Virus record (IMG/VR): IMGVR_UViG_3300037499_000115
Location: 1-28,817 of that record
Source of the DNA: a virus
Taxonomy: Duplodnaviria > Caudoviricetes
DNA: 28,817 nucleotides
Reading direction: 5' to 3' (one strand)
In this document: one piece after another, positions 8,256 through 17,190 of the stretch
Position numbering within the stretch: the stretch's first letter is position 1
Layout of the letters: each line of letters begins with the position of its first letter
The notes under the pieces: model-generated
What the model saw: only the letters and a program-made list of their open reading frames with translations
Databases searched by the model: none
Told to the model about the DNA's origin: nothing
Position numbers and translations under genes: made by a program

Positions 8256-9164
8256 CTACACCTGATCGCCCAGCCTGAGCCGGCGGTGCGCCTCACGCGC
8301 GCGTTCGTCAGCTGTCGACGATGCGTAACGGCGAAGCATCTGCGCCGAACGCCAGCCCATGATCCGCTGCAGGTCCACCTCCGAACCGCCGGCGGCCTGC
8401 CACCGGTGCGCGGCCGTATGGCGGAACAAGTGGGCGTGGACCCCCGGGATACCGGCCTGGTCGCCGCGCCGCTCGACCATCTGCCGGATGCCGTCGGCGC
8501 CGAGCCGGCCGCGGCCTTTCTCCGCCAGCCACAGCCACGGCAGGTCGGCAGTCTTCTCCCGGTCCCGGGCGCGCAGGTAGCGGGTCAGCGCCCGGCCGGT
8601 CGAGTTCCCGAACGGCACCGACCTAATCCGCCGCCCCTTGCCCGCGACGGTGATCACGTCCAGGTCCAGGTCGAGGTCATCGACGCGCAGCCCGGCCACC
8701 TCCCCGCGTCGGCAGCCGGTGTCGAGCAGTACCCGCAGGATGGCCTGGTCGCGCCGCTGGACGAACGTGGTGCCCTTGCAGGTGGCCAGGATCGCCTTCA
8801 GCTGGGCATCGGTCAGCACCGGCGCCGGTGTCTCGGGGACCAGCGGCGGGCGCATCCTCGCCATCGGGTCCACCTCCACCTCCCCCTCCCGGGTCAGCCA
8901 CGCGAACAGCTGCTGCACGGACCGGTAGGCGAGGGAGGCACCTCCCGGGGTGCGGGTCTCGGTGAGCTGCGCCATCCATGCGGACAGCTGCTCCCGGGTC
9001 ACGTCCTGCGGGGCGGTGGCCTGCTCGGCGCTGGTCAGCCAGTCGCGTAGCTGCCCGGCGGCGTCGGTGTAGATCCGGATGGTTGACGCGGCCCGGTTCT
9101 CGGCCCGTAGGTCGCGCCGCCAGGATTGGATGGTGTGCTTCCACACCCGTTCGATGTCCGCCAT
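8256..9164 (-). CDS. int: Tyrosine integrase (XerC-like, 302 aa, no obvious arm-binding domain)
   Basis: LDTGCRRGE (R), GKG (K), HAHLFRH (HxxR), MGW, RRY (Y); adjacent to attP; TAACAT 7 nt upstream suggests a leaderless start. Confidence 0.95.
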   Translation of the reverse strand: MADIERVWKHTIQSWRRDLRAENRAASTIRIYTDAAGQLRDWLTSAEQATAPQDVTREQLSAWMAQLTETRTPGGASLAYRSVQQLFAWLTREGEVEVDPMARMRPPLVPETPAPVLTDAQLKAILATCKGTTFVQRRDQAILRVLLDTGCRRGEVAGLRVDDLDLDLDVITVAGKGRRIRSVPFGNSTGRALTRYLRARDREKTADLPWLWLAEKGRGRLGADGIRQMVERRGDQAGIPGVHAHLFRHTAAHRWQAAGGSEVDLQRIMGWRSAQMLRRYASSTADERAREAHRRLRLGDQV

Positions 9165-9250
9165 TCGGGGGATGTTACACGGTTGCCGCGCCGTGTGCGT
9201 CGGGTGTACGGTCGCGGAGTGGTTGGCATTTTCCCTGGTCGGAGAGGTTC

Positions 9251-9298
9251 TGGTGGGCGCGGCTGGTTTCGAACCAGCGACCTCCCGCTTGTAAGGCG
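9251..9298 (-). other. attP core: 3' half of tRNA-Val(TAC)
   Basis: Minus strand CGCCTTACAAGCGGGAGGTCGCTGGTTCGAAACCAGCCGCGCCCACCA gives anticodon loop TAC, T-arm GTTCGAA and CCA end; no D-arm or 5' acceptor strand. Confidence 0.92.
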
Positions 9299-9438
9299 CT
9301 CGACCCTCAGCCGTGTGCGTAGCCAGGGAAAACGCTGGTCACAGCTGACCCAAAGTCGCCCAGTTACAGGGTGGCTAAGCGGCCCGGACGGTGTTCGCAG
9401 CACCGCTACCCGGGCCTGACCGGAATGGAGTCCGGCTG

Positions 9439-9879
9439 ATGTCCGATCGTACGACCATCGCGCACAACATGTGCGCCCTTGCCGACCATGAGCAGTGCCC
9501 CGGCGCCGCCGCGGCCCAGGGATGCGACTGTCCCTGCCACGGCCTGCCGGGCTGCCCGAGCTGGTGTGCGGCCGACCACACCAGGGATGACCCGCAGTCC
9601 AAGTACGTTTCCGACGACGGGTTCACCGCCTACGCGGAGCGGTACCACACCCGCGACCTCATGGACGCTCCCAACCCGGGCGCGGGCACGTACAGCCGGG
9701 TCGGCGTGCACGTCCTGCAGATCGACGACATGGAGACCGGGCAGCGCCAGCCGGCGGGCGTCAACGTCGATCGGGCGGAGTGCCTGGACCCGGAACTGGC
9801 GCGGGCGGTGGCTGCCGCGATCTGCGCCGCCGCCGACCTGATCTCGACCCCCGACCCGACGACCCCTGAGGAAGGCTGA
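9439..9879 (+). CDS. Cys/His-rich protein, DUF6907-like (146 aa)
   Basis: GGAG SD before ATG 9439; CPSWCAADH...H motif; C-terminal LDPELARAVAAAICAAAD; extra C..H..C..CDCPCH segment. Confidence 0.7.
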   Translation: MSDRTTIAHNMCALADHEQCPGAAAAQGCDCPCHGLPGCPSWCAADHTRDDPQSKYVSDDGFTAYAERYHTRDLMDAPNPGAGTYSRVGVHVLQIDDMETGQRQPAGVNVDRAECLDPELARAVAAAICAAADLISTPDPTTPEEG

Positions 9880-9880
9880 C

Positions 9881-10348
9881 ATGACCCGCACCCGCAAGCT
9901 GATCGCGGCCGCCACCGCGACCGCCCTGATCGTCACCCTGCCGACGCTGCTGAGCACTGCGGCGGCCCCCGACCCGACCGGGCTGCGCAGTGTTGTGCAG
10001 CCGGCTCCTGAGCCCAGCTACCCGGCGTGGCTGTCCGAGGGCGGCCCGGGCGAGCCGAACTGGGCGGTGCTGGAGACCTGCTGGATCGACGTGTTCGCGC
10101 CCCACGCGCAGCGGCAGGCTGAGTACCAGCTGCAGCTTGCCGACGGGCGCCGGTCCCGGTGCCCGGCTGGCGAGATGACCATCTGGTGTGACTGGCGGGT
10201 CGGCTACCCGTCGCGGTTCTGGGTCGAGCAGGCATGCGGCCGCATCTCTAGCTGGTCGGCCGACTTCGGTGCCCACTGGTGGGGGGTGTGGGACCGCCAC
10301 CCGGCGCGCGATTGGGTGGCGAACCTGCGCGACGGTAACCAGCCGTAG
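9881..10348 (+). CDS. Putative secreted Trp/Cys-rich protein (155 aa)
   Basis: Signal-peptide-like N-terminus MTRTRKLIAAATATALIVTLPTLLSTAAA; AGGAAGG SD. Confidence 0.75.
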   Translation: MTRTRKLIAAATATALIVTLPTLLSTAAAPDPTGLRSVVQPAPEPSYPAWLSEGGPGEPNWAVLETCWIDVFAPHAQRQAEYQLQLADGRRSRCPAGEMTIWCDWRVGYPSRFWVEQACGRISSWSADFGAHWWGVWDRHPARDWVANLRDGNQP

Positions 10349-10356
10349 GGGGAGCG

Positions 10357-10395
10357 CCGACGGCGCCATCGGGGAGGATCCGGTGGCGCCGTCGG
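10357..10395. terminator. Probable bidirectional terminator between convergent operons
   Basis: CCGACGGCGCCATCGG / CCGGTGGCGCCGTCGG stem between the stops at 10348 (+) and 10400 (-). Confidence 0.7.
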
Positions 10396-10399
10396 GCGT

Positions 10400-10912
10400 T
10401 TACCGCCGCGGGCGGGGCGCCGGCGGGGCCACGGGCATCGACGCCGGGCGGCCGGGACGGTTGCGGCCCGCTGGTGCCGGCGGGACGGCTGCGTCCCGCC
10501 GGGAGGCGCACAGCGGATCCCGGTAGAACATGCCAGCGTCGGTCACGCCGCACGCGCAGGCCGGGCCGCAGTGAACCAGACTCTCGTGCACCGGCGCCCC
10601 CGCAGCGGCGAGGGCCATCCGCCACGCCCGGATCATCGGCAGCACCTCGGTCTGCACCACCTGGTGCGGGGACACCGGCCGGGCGTGGTCACCCAGCCCC
10701 AGCTCCCGCAGGATCGCGGCAAGGTCATCCTGCATCACATCCTGCTCGCCAGCACCGCCAGCAGGATGCAGCGACGCGGACGGCGGGTCGTACCCGGCGG
10801 CCATCCTGGCGCCGATGACGTGGGCGTTGCCGCGCCGCTCCCGGTGCCACGCCTTCACCGCCGGACCCAGCACCTCGGCCGCGTGCCGTTCCGTCTCCCG
10901 GCGCTGGCTCAC
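10400..10912 (-). CDS. Hypothetical protein (170 aa), last gene of the late operon
   Basis: GTGA overlap with the holin-like gene, GGAGG SD; C-terminal H-C...CAC...C cluster. Confidence 0.55.
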   Translation of the reverse strand: MSQRRETERHAAEVLGPAVKAWHRERRGNAHVIGARMAAGYDPPSASLHPAGGAGEQDVMQDDLAAILRELGLGDHARPVSPHQVVQTEVLPMIRAWRMALAAAGAPVHESLVHCGPACACGVTDAGMFYRDPLCASRRDAAVPPAPAGRNRPGRPASMPVAPPAPRPRR

Positions 10913-11178
10913 CGCTGCGCCTCTTGCTCCGGCTCGGGCTGCCGGAGACGATCCCGGTCCGCGACCGTCGCCCCGGACCAGGCCCGGCGCCGCCCCCACG
11001 CCCACACCACCAGCGGCCCGAGCGTGGTCACCAGGGCGATGATCCCGATCGCTGCCCGGTCCGGCACCGGGACCGCGTAGCCGACCAGGATGTCCACCAC
11101 CGCCACCGCCGCCGCAGTCCATACCGCCGGTGCACGTAGCGGCTCCCGGGACGTCGGGTCCGGAACGTACTCGCTCAT
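10909..11178 (-). CDS. Holin-like membrane protein (2 TM)
   Basis: REPL..AVWTAAAVAVVDILVGY...IGIIALVTTLGPLVVWAWGRRR; located in the lysis cluster. Confidence 0.7.
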   Translation of the reverse strand: MSEYVPDPTSREPLRAPAVWTAAAVAVVDILVGYAVPVPDRAAIGIIALVTTLGPLVVWAWGRRRAWSGATVADRDRLRQPEPEQEAQR

Positions 11179-11459
11179 GATTCCTCCGTCTCCGCCCTGC
11201 GGGCGCGCCGCAGCAGCACCAGCCACCCCACCATCACCGCATCCGTCCCGCCGAACACAAGCGCGAACACCCACGTCGGTGGTGTCGGCCCGGCCGCCAG
11301 CAAGAGCAGGCTCACCGCCATGGCCAGCAACGTGGTAGCCATGAGCATCAGGTGCCGGCCGGTTGGTGTGGACCACCACCGCCCCCGGGCGTGCCCGACG
11401 GCGAACGCCAGGCACAGCAGGACCAACAGCGCCAGCTCGGCGACCACCACGCCGATCAC
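11175..11459 (-). CDS. Putative holin/membrane protein (3 TM)
   Basis: Three hydrophobic segments, RWWSTPTGRHLM motif; GTGA-coupled start at 11459. Confidence 0.7.
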   Translation of the reverse strand: MIGVVVAELALLVLLCLAFAVGHARGRWWSTPTGRHLMLMATTLLAMAVSLLLLAAGPTPPTWVFALVFGGTDAVMVGWLVLLRRARRAETEES

Positions 11460-11629
11460 GACCGCCCCCCCAGCGCCTGGTCGACCCATCGGGCGAGCCG
11501 GTCATGCGCCCGGTCGACCTCCGGTTGCCGCCGGCGTGCCTCATCCAGGCGTCGCTGCGCGTCCTGCCGCGCGTGGGCAGCCTCGCCGTTGCCTGGCAGC
11601 TCCCGCCGCCGCCGCCGCCAGCAGCTCAC
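11456..11629 (-). CDS. Small lysis-cluster protein (57 aa), not in the ORF track
   Basis: MSCWRRRRRELPGNGEAAHARQDAQRRLDEARRRQPEVDRAHDRLARWVDQALGGRS; GTGA overlaps at both ends. Confidence 0.7.
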   Translation of the reverse strand: MSCWRRRRRELPGNGEAAHARQDAQRRLDEARRRQPEVDRAHDRLARWVDQALGGRS

Positions 11630-11868
11630 GGTGCACTCTCCGCCGTGGTCCGCAGCGGGGCCAGCACGTGCAGCAGCTGCCGCCGGGTCTGGTCGTGTGC
11701 CTCGCGCTCCAGCCGGGCGGTGGTGCGCCAGTCGGCGGTCTGCTCCCGGTAGGCGTGCACGGTGGCCTCAGCTGCCCGGGTGGCGGATCGGTGCAACAGT
11801 CCGAACACGGTCACCACCACGCCGAGCAGGCCACCTTCGGCGGCCACCGGCAGCAGGTCGGCGAACAT
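11626..11868 (-). CDS. Single-TM plus coiled-coil lysis-cluster protein (80 aa)
   Basis: MFADLLPVAAEGGLLGVVVTVFGLL...DWRTTARLER; TGATG overlap with the endolysin gene. Confidence 0.7.
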   Translation of the reverse strand: MFADLLPVAAEGGLLGVVVTVFGLLHRSATRAAEATVHAYREQTADWRTTARLEREAHDQTRRQLLHVLAPLRTTAESAP

Positions 11869-12674
11869 CAGGGACCGTCGCCAGCAGCGCGGCGGTCCCG
11901 GGCCGCCAGCACCTCCGCCACCGCGGTCCGCACCTGCTCGGACGGGACCACCTCGGACAGCCGGTCGGCGAGCTGGTCGGCGAGCCCGTCGCCGAGCTCC
12001 GCCAGCAGCTGCGCCCGGTGCCGGTCGAGCTCGGCCCGCACCGCGGCCAGCACGTCCTGCCCGGCGACCGCGGCGAGGATGGCAGCCTGTCCGGCCGCCA
12101 GCTCGGCCGCCCGGTCGGCGGCCCGGCGCACCCACCGGTAGGTGTACTGCAGCCAGGTCTGGGCGAGGTACCCGTCTGCCCGGATCCCCGGGTATGCCCG
12201 CAGTACCGTCGCGTCCGGCGCCAGCCTCTCCAGCCACACGTCACGCGCCTCCATGTCGTCCTCCTCCGCCAGTAGCCCCCACGGGCTGGTGTCGTCGTAC
12301 GGCCCGGTGCTGCTGCCGTCCGGCCCGACTCCCACGGACACGTGCACGTGGCCGGTGTGCGGGTTGTCGCCGGAGTACGGCCGCCAGATCCAGCCACCGG
12401 AGCGGCTGGCGATCCTCTTGTTGTAGATGATGTACTTCGGCGCTGGGTGGCCGGCGATCCCGGCCCGCCGCACCTGCTCGGCGTACCACGCCAGGTCGAG
12501 CCCGGCGTCGTCCAGCGTGTCGCTGGCGCACACCACCCCGGCCGCGTTCGGGTTGTGGTCGCTGGCGGTGCCGGCGTGTGCCTGGTCGCCGATCGTCCAC
12601 ACCGTCGTACCCGGGTGCCGGCTGCGGACCTCGGCCCGCAGCCAAGCCAGGCTGTCCGCCAACCTCCACGCCAT
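11868..12674 (-). CDS. Endolysin, zinc peptidase (M15-like)
   Basis: IGDQAH...SDHNPN..GVVCASD...KYIIYNKRI...NPHTGHVHVS; between tail and holin genes; GGAGG SD. Confidence 0.82.
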   Translation of the reverse strand: MAWRLADSLAWLRAEVRSRHPGTTVWTIGDQAHAGTASDHNPNAAGVVCASDTLDDAGLDLAWYAEQVRRAGIAGHPAPKYIIYNKRIASRSGGWIWRPYSGDNPHTGHVHVSVGVGPDGSSTGPYDDTSPWGLLAEEDDMEARDVWLERLAPDATVLRAYPGIRADGYLAQTWLQYTYRWVRRAADRAAELAAGQAAILAAVAGQDVLAAVRAELDRHRAQLLAELGDGLADQLADRLSEVVPSEQVRTAVAEVLAARDRRAAGDGP

Positions 12675-12690
12675 CACGCCACCTCCATGC

Positions 12691-13476
12691 TCATATGCCG
12701 ATCACCACTAGGGACCGCTGGCTGAAGCTGACCGTGGTGGTCGGGCCGGACAGGGTGCGATACACCGCCTTGAAGGTGTGCAGCCCGGGCGCGCACGGCA
12801 GCACCAGCGTGCTGCCGGCCAGGGCGCCGTCCGTGCGGTTGATGCCGTCGGAGTTGTGGTTGGTCTGCCGCAGGTGGAACGACTTGGTGATGTCGGCGGC
12901 GATCGTGGTCGCTCCGGACACCTCCACGCCCATGTACCCGCCGACCGAGTTGGGGCCGGTGTCCAGGGTGCCGGCCATGCTGCACGATGGCCACACGATC
13001 GCCACCCCGAAGGTGATGTTGACGTCGGTGATCTCCGGCCCGGCAGGGTCCAGGTCGGTGAACGTGGCCTGGTCGGACAGGGTGTCGGAGTCTTCCACGA
13101 ACCCCTCGTGTACCCGTTCGGCGAACACCTCGGCCGAGATTTCCTTGGCGAGCGCACCGCGCATGAACGCGACCGCCTTCGCGGCGGCGCCTGCGCCGAC
13201 CGGCAGCCACTGCCCGGATATGGCGTACACTGCCGAACCCTTGCCCGAGCGTGGTTTCCAGACGTCCAGCATGACCACCGCACCCTGGGTGAGGGTCAGG
13301 CCCAGCAGCGGCTGCTGGAGTGGCAGGTCGGGGATGTCGGTGCCCCGGACGTTGATCACGTTCTCGAATGTGTCAGGGTTCCACGACTTCACCACGCCCA
13401 GGGCGCGGCCGGACCATTCCCGGTCGGGGGACACGATCACCGCGGCCAGGTCGTCTGATCCGAACGGGACAGTCAT
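12691..13476 (-). CDS. Minor tail protein
   Basis: Position; N-terminal GVVKSWNPDTFENVINVRG OB-like segment; beta-rich C-terminus. Confidence 0.7.
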   Translation of the reverse strand: MTVPFGSDDLAAVIVSPDREWSGRALGVVKSWNPDTFENVINVRGTDIPDLPLQQPLLGLTLTQGAVVMLDVWKPRSGKGSAVYAISGQWLPVGAGAAAKAVAFMRGALAKEISAEVFAERVHEGFVEDSDTLSDQATFTDLDPAGPEITDVNITFGVAIVWPSCSMAGTLDTGPNSVGGYMGVEVSGATTIAADITKSFHLRQTNHNSDGINRTDGALAGSTLVLPCAPGLHTFKAVYRTLSGPTTTVSFSQRSLVVIGI

Positions 13477-16316
13477 GTGACCACGCTACCGATCACTACA
13501 TGGGTGCGTTGCCGGGTGGTGCCGCTCATCACACCGTCGGCCACCAGCGGGATGGTCAGCGTCTGTACGACGTGCGTGTCCTGGTTGGCGTCGTCGGCCA
13601 CGGCCAGGATCGGGTGCCACGGCCGCAGCCCGGGGTTCGGAACGGCGGTGAAGTCGGCGCTGTAGGGGGCGCCGAGGTTGCGGCGCAGCAGCTCCCGCGC
13701 CGCCACGGTCGCCTGCCCCGTGGTGGTGACGCTCGCCAGGGTCTCCACCCGCGGCACCCGCCCGAACCGGCCACCCCACCGGGTCGGCGACCGCGGGCCG
13801 GCATCAACCGCCACCCCGGTGACTGGCTTGTCCGACCCGCCGCCTTCCCCGTGGATGATCACGCCGTTGTAGGCGCCTGCGCGGGTGACCCGCCGGCCGG
13901 CGTCGATGAGCACCCCGCCGACACCGGCGGCGACCCGCCACACCACCTCATCGTCGGGTGGGGTGTTCTCGACCCGCAGCACCCCTTCCCCATCCCAGTA
14001 CATGACCTTGCCGAGACCGTCGGCGATCTCCCGCAGCGGCTCGTACCGGGACTCATCGACGATCAGCTGCCGGCCGATCGGCTCGAATGCGGCCGCGTCG
14101 TCGAACACGATCGCGGCGCCCGGGTGGACGTCACCGACCAGGTCGGAGAACAGCGCGGCCAGTGCGACCGTGGGCGCGTACACCCGCGGTCGGGTGACCC
14201 GGGCCTCGATCAGCGCGGCCATCCGGTCCTGGCCGGTGATGCTGATCGGATCGTCTGACCGGCCGGGCTGCTCCACCGTCTCGATGCGGAAGTAACCCAG
14301 CGGCGACCACAGGACTGCGCTGCCGATGTCCACCCCGCGGCGTACGAAGATCTCGTTTCCGTACGGGGCCAGCAGATCGTCGGGTCCGCGTGGGAACCAG
14401 GACCATCCGGTCTGCTCATCCACTCCCTCGGTGGTCAGGGACAGGGTGGCGAAGATGTCGGCGGTCGCGTCGAGCTGGACGTCTCCGTCGAGGATCGGCA
14501 GTGCGATCCCGTCCGGGTTCGACCCGGAGGTGAACGCGACCAGGATCCGGGCCTCGACCACCACGTCGTGTGTGCCGGCGACGATCGGCGCGAACTCCGC
14601 CACGGTGGCGACCAGCTCGACCGGTGGCAGCACCGCCAGCGGGGTACCGCCGGCGATGGTGTGATCGGATGCCGGGTCGAACAGGTACGGGATGACCGGC
14701 TGGCTGGCCTGCGCCATGCTGACCACCGCGCCGCTGGACAGGATCCCGAACGCTCCCAGGTGGAACTCTGGCAGCACCCCAGCGATCCGGTAGCCCAGCG
14801 GCGCCGGGTCCAACACGGTGCCGTTGTTCAGGTCGAACGCGTCACCGGCAGCCCCGGCGGCGGTGACGCGGCCGGCCGCGTCGTCAGCTTCGGTGAGCAG
14901 GGCGGCCAGGTTGGCGATGACGTATTGCCAGGCTTCCTCCGCGCATGCCAGGTGCTGGGCGGTGCGGGCCGCTTCGGTCTGGCTCACGCTGGACTCGACC
15001 AGCACCGCCGCGCCGTGTCGCATGCCCACGTTGGACACCAGCCGGTCCGGGTCGCCGGTGATGTCGCCGAAATCGTCCTCAGACCAGCCGTCGGCGGTCA
15101 TCCGGGCCTTCATCAACACGATCAGCGCGTCTGCCTCATCGACGATCCCGGAGTCGGCCTGCGGGTTGCTGGGCGGTGCGAACGTCACGTTGGCGCTCAG
15201 CTGCGGGTCAGCCTCATGGTGGTCGACCAGCACCAGCGGACGCACCAGCCCGAGCAGCTGCGCCAGCGGACGCACCTCCGGCTGCGAAAGCGCCAGCCAG
15301 TCCCGGTTCAGGTCGACGCCGTCGGCGTTCTCGCGGGTGTCGTTCGCGATCCCGTCCGGGTTGGGCGTCGGGACGATCAGCACACCGTGGTCGGTGAGCA
15401 GGTCGACCAGGTCCGGGTCGCCCACATCCACCAGCGCAGCGGACCCGTTGATCGTCCACGTCTTCCCGGTCGAGTCGGCGAAGCTACCGGCCGCCGCGGT
15501 CTGCGCGGAGAAGTCCGGGTTAGCCACGATGGTGCCGTCGATGCCGTTCCGCACCTGCGCCGCCCACCACCATCCGGCGGTCAGTCCCGCCGTGCCGCCG
15601 GTGGTGGACCCGATCTCCAGCACCGCCGTGCTGGAGAAGATCGAGGTGGTCGCACCGCCCACCACCGGGTCGCCCAGCGGCGCCCACGGGCCGGCGATCG
15701 TCGCCGCCCAAAAGAACCGGGTCACGTTCCCGCCCGCGCCATCATCCACGTCCACGTTGATGCGCAGCGCGATCCGCTGCCCATCACCAGCCGGAACCGG
15801 TACGGTGCACGTGCGGGTGATCAGGTTGGTCCCGTTGGCGGACCACACCATCTGCAGCTCGCCCGTGCTGGACAGCCGCATCGTGTAGCTGCGCTGGTTG
15901 CCGGTGGTGGCGTACTTGCTGACTATGTTCTGGATCGAGCCGGATGCCCACTGGTCCGGGGCGAACTCGACCCTCAGGTCCAGGTCGCCGGTGATGTCCA
16001 GGCTCGCGTGGTCGGGGGTGCTGGCGAAGTCGCCCGACACCCCGTCCTGCCGCAACCGGACGTCGACAGCCTCGACCGCGGCCAGGTGCTCAGCGGCGGC
16101 GAGAAGCCCCTCCCGGCCGGCCGGCTCGTCACCGTGCTGGGCGCCCATGAGCAGCAGCACCGCCCGGGTGCCCGGTGCCGGCGGCGGCCGGCCGATCCGC
16201 AGTAGCCGCACCGGCCTGCCCTGCACGCTGGCGCCGACGGTGTCGACCGCCACCCGGCCGGTGCTGGCCAGCACACCCAGCCGGGCGCCCTCAGCGTCGA
16301 GCGTCGAGAACGCCAT
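13473..16316 (-). CDS. Minor tail/baseplate-hub protein: M14 zinc carboxypeptidase (with lectin/LamG-like insertion) fused to a DUF5047-like tail domain
   Basis: GAQHGDEPAG, NPDG..TRENADGVDLNRD, VDHHE, VLVES; C-terminal LLAPYGNEIFVRRG, PLGYFRI, SPTRWGGRFGRVPR; likely ATG 16316. Confidence 0.82.
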   Translation of the reverse strand: MAFSTLDAEGARLGVLASTGRVAVDTVGASVQGRPVRLLRIGRPPPAPGTRAVLLLMGAQHGDEPAGREGLLAAAEHLAAVEAVDVRLRQDGVSGDFASTPDHASLDITGDLDLRVEFAPDQWASGSIQNIVSKYATTGNQRSYTMRLSSTGELQMVWSANGTNLITRTCTVPVPAGDGQRIALRINVDVDDGAGGNVTRFFWAATIAGPWAPLGDPVVGGATTSIFSSTAVLEIGSTTGGTAGLTAGWWWAAQVRNGIDGTIVANPDFSAQTAAAGSFADSTGKTWTINGSAALVDVGDPDLVDLLTDHGVLIVPTPNPDGIANDTRENADGVDLNRDWLALSQPEVRPLAQLLGLVRPLVLVDHHEADPQLSANVTFAPPSNPQADSGIVDEADALIVLMKARMTADGWSEDDFGDITGDPDRLVSNVGMRHGAAVLVESSVSQTEAARTAQHLACAEEAWQYVIANLAALLTEADDAAGRVTAAGAAGDAFDLNNGTVLDPAPLGYRIAGVLPEFHLGAFGILSSGAVVSMAQASQPVIPYLFDPASDHTIAGGTPLAVLPPVELVATVAEFAPIVAGTHDVVVEARILVAFTSGSNPDGIALPILDGDVQLDATADIFATLSLTTEGVDEQTGWSWFPRGPDDLLAPYGNEIFVRRGVDIGSAVLWSPLGYFRIETVEQPGRSDDPISITGQDRMAALIEARVTRPRVYAPTVALAALFSDLVGDVHPGAAIVFDDAAAFEPIGRQLIVDESRYEPLREIADGLGKVMYWDGEGVLRVENTPPDDEVVWRVAAGVGGVLIDAGRRVTRAGAYNGVIIHGEGGGSDKPVTGVAVDAGPRSPTRWGGRFGRVPRVETLASVTTTGQATVAARELLRRNLGAPYSADFTAVPNPGLRPWHPILAVADDANQDTHVVQTLTIPLVADGVMSGTTRQRTHVVIGSVVT

Positions 16317-16495
16317 CACCGACCGCCCGGGTTGCGCCGGCGGACCGGGCAGACGCATACTGCGCGGGTGCTACCGGACAGCGAGATCATCACCGGCCCA
16401 GACGGTGATACATGGGCGGAGATCCCCGACCACTTCGACCACGACGAGCTGGACGCGCTGCTCGACGACGACGGGTAGCCCACTGGGGTGCTCAT
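16316..16495 (-). CDS. Possible 59-aa Ser-rich coupling ORF (true coding strand uncertain)
   Basis: ATGA overlap upstream and TGATG overlap downstream, but the opposite strand reads as a more protein-like acidic peptide. Confidence 0.35.
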   Translation of the reverse strand: MSTPVGYPSSSSSASSSSWSKWSGISAHVSPSGPVMISLSGSTRAVCVCPVRRRNPGGR

Positions 16496-17190
16496 GCCAG
16501 CCGCAGCCCTTCCGCCCACCAGCGGCACGAGCTGATAGACCCGGTCGTCGCGAAGATCTGCAAGCTGTCCAGCAGCCGCGAACTGGCCAGGTGGCCGTGG
16601 AACACACCCCGGTGCCGGATCGTGTCGCCCGCGCTGGCGCGGTAGCTCGACGCCTCCATGCTGAGGATGCTGCTCACGTCCGTGTTGTAGATCAGCATCT
16701 GAGCGTTGCAGCTCAGTCCCGAAGACCACCACGCGAACGGCCAGGAAGTCACTTCGCCGCTGTTGCCGGCGAGGCTGTCGATGATCGCCCCACCGTTGAG
16801 GTTGCGCACCTCCCACGTGCGCAGGTGCAGCGCGGCTGTGCTGTCGGCGTTGACGCGGGCGTTGACCCGAACACCGTCCACGCTGGTCGCACCGCGGAAG
16901 TAGACGCGGACCATCTCGAATGTGCCAGCTGGCCACGTACCACCCGCGGTCAGGTCGATGGTAAAGGCGGCCGTTTCGGTGCCGGCGTCGATCGTGGTCC
17001 ACCCCAGCGCGGCGGCGGCAGCGGCGTCGGCCACGGCCTGCACGTCATCGCGGATACTGGTCAGTGCCGTCTGCGTCGCGACCGCCAGCTTCGGCACCGT
17101 ACCCGCGCTGCCACCGTTGAGCGTGCTGGTCGGTTCGTCGCCGGTCAGCGACTCATGCGGCAGGGTGTCGGGGGATGTGAATGCCGGCAT
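16492..17190 (-). CDS. Minor tail protein
   Basis: Position in the tail module; beta-rich; coupled to neighbours. Confidence 0.7.
   Translation of the reverse strand: MPAFTSPDTLPHESLTGDEPTSTLNGGSAGTVPKLAVATQTALTSIRDDVQAVADAAAAAALGWTTIDAGTETAAFTIDLTAGGTWPAGTFEMVRVYFRGATSVDGVRVNARVNADSTAALHLRTWEVRNLNGGAIIDSLAGNSGEVTSWPFAWWSSGLSCNAQMLIYNTDVSSILSMEASSYRASAGDTIRHRGVFHGHLASSRLLDSLQIFATTGSISSCRWWAEGLRLA

Noticed and set aside
9251-9325. Complete tRNA-Val gene
   Set aside because: Similarity stops in the anticodon stem; no D-arm or 5' acceptor strand, so it is an attP core only.
9035-9419. Repressor gene spanning attP (integration-dependent immunity as in mycobacteriophage BPs)
   Set aside because: ORFs crossing the core lack HTH character, good starts and protein-like composition.
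15425-16067. Intein in the M14 domain
   Set aside because: No Cys/Ser start or His-Asn end and no homing endonuclease motifs; the insert looks like a beta-sandwich domain.
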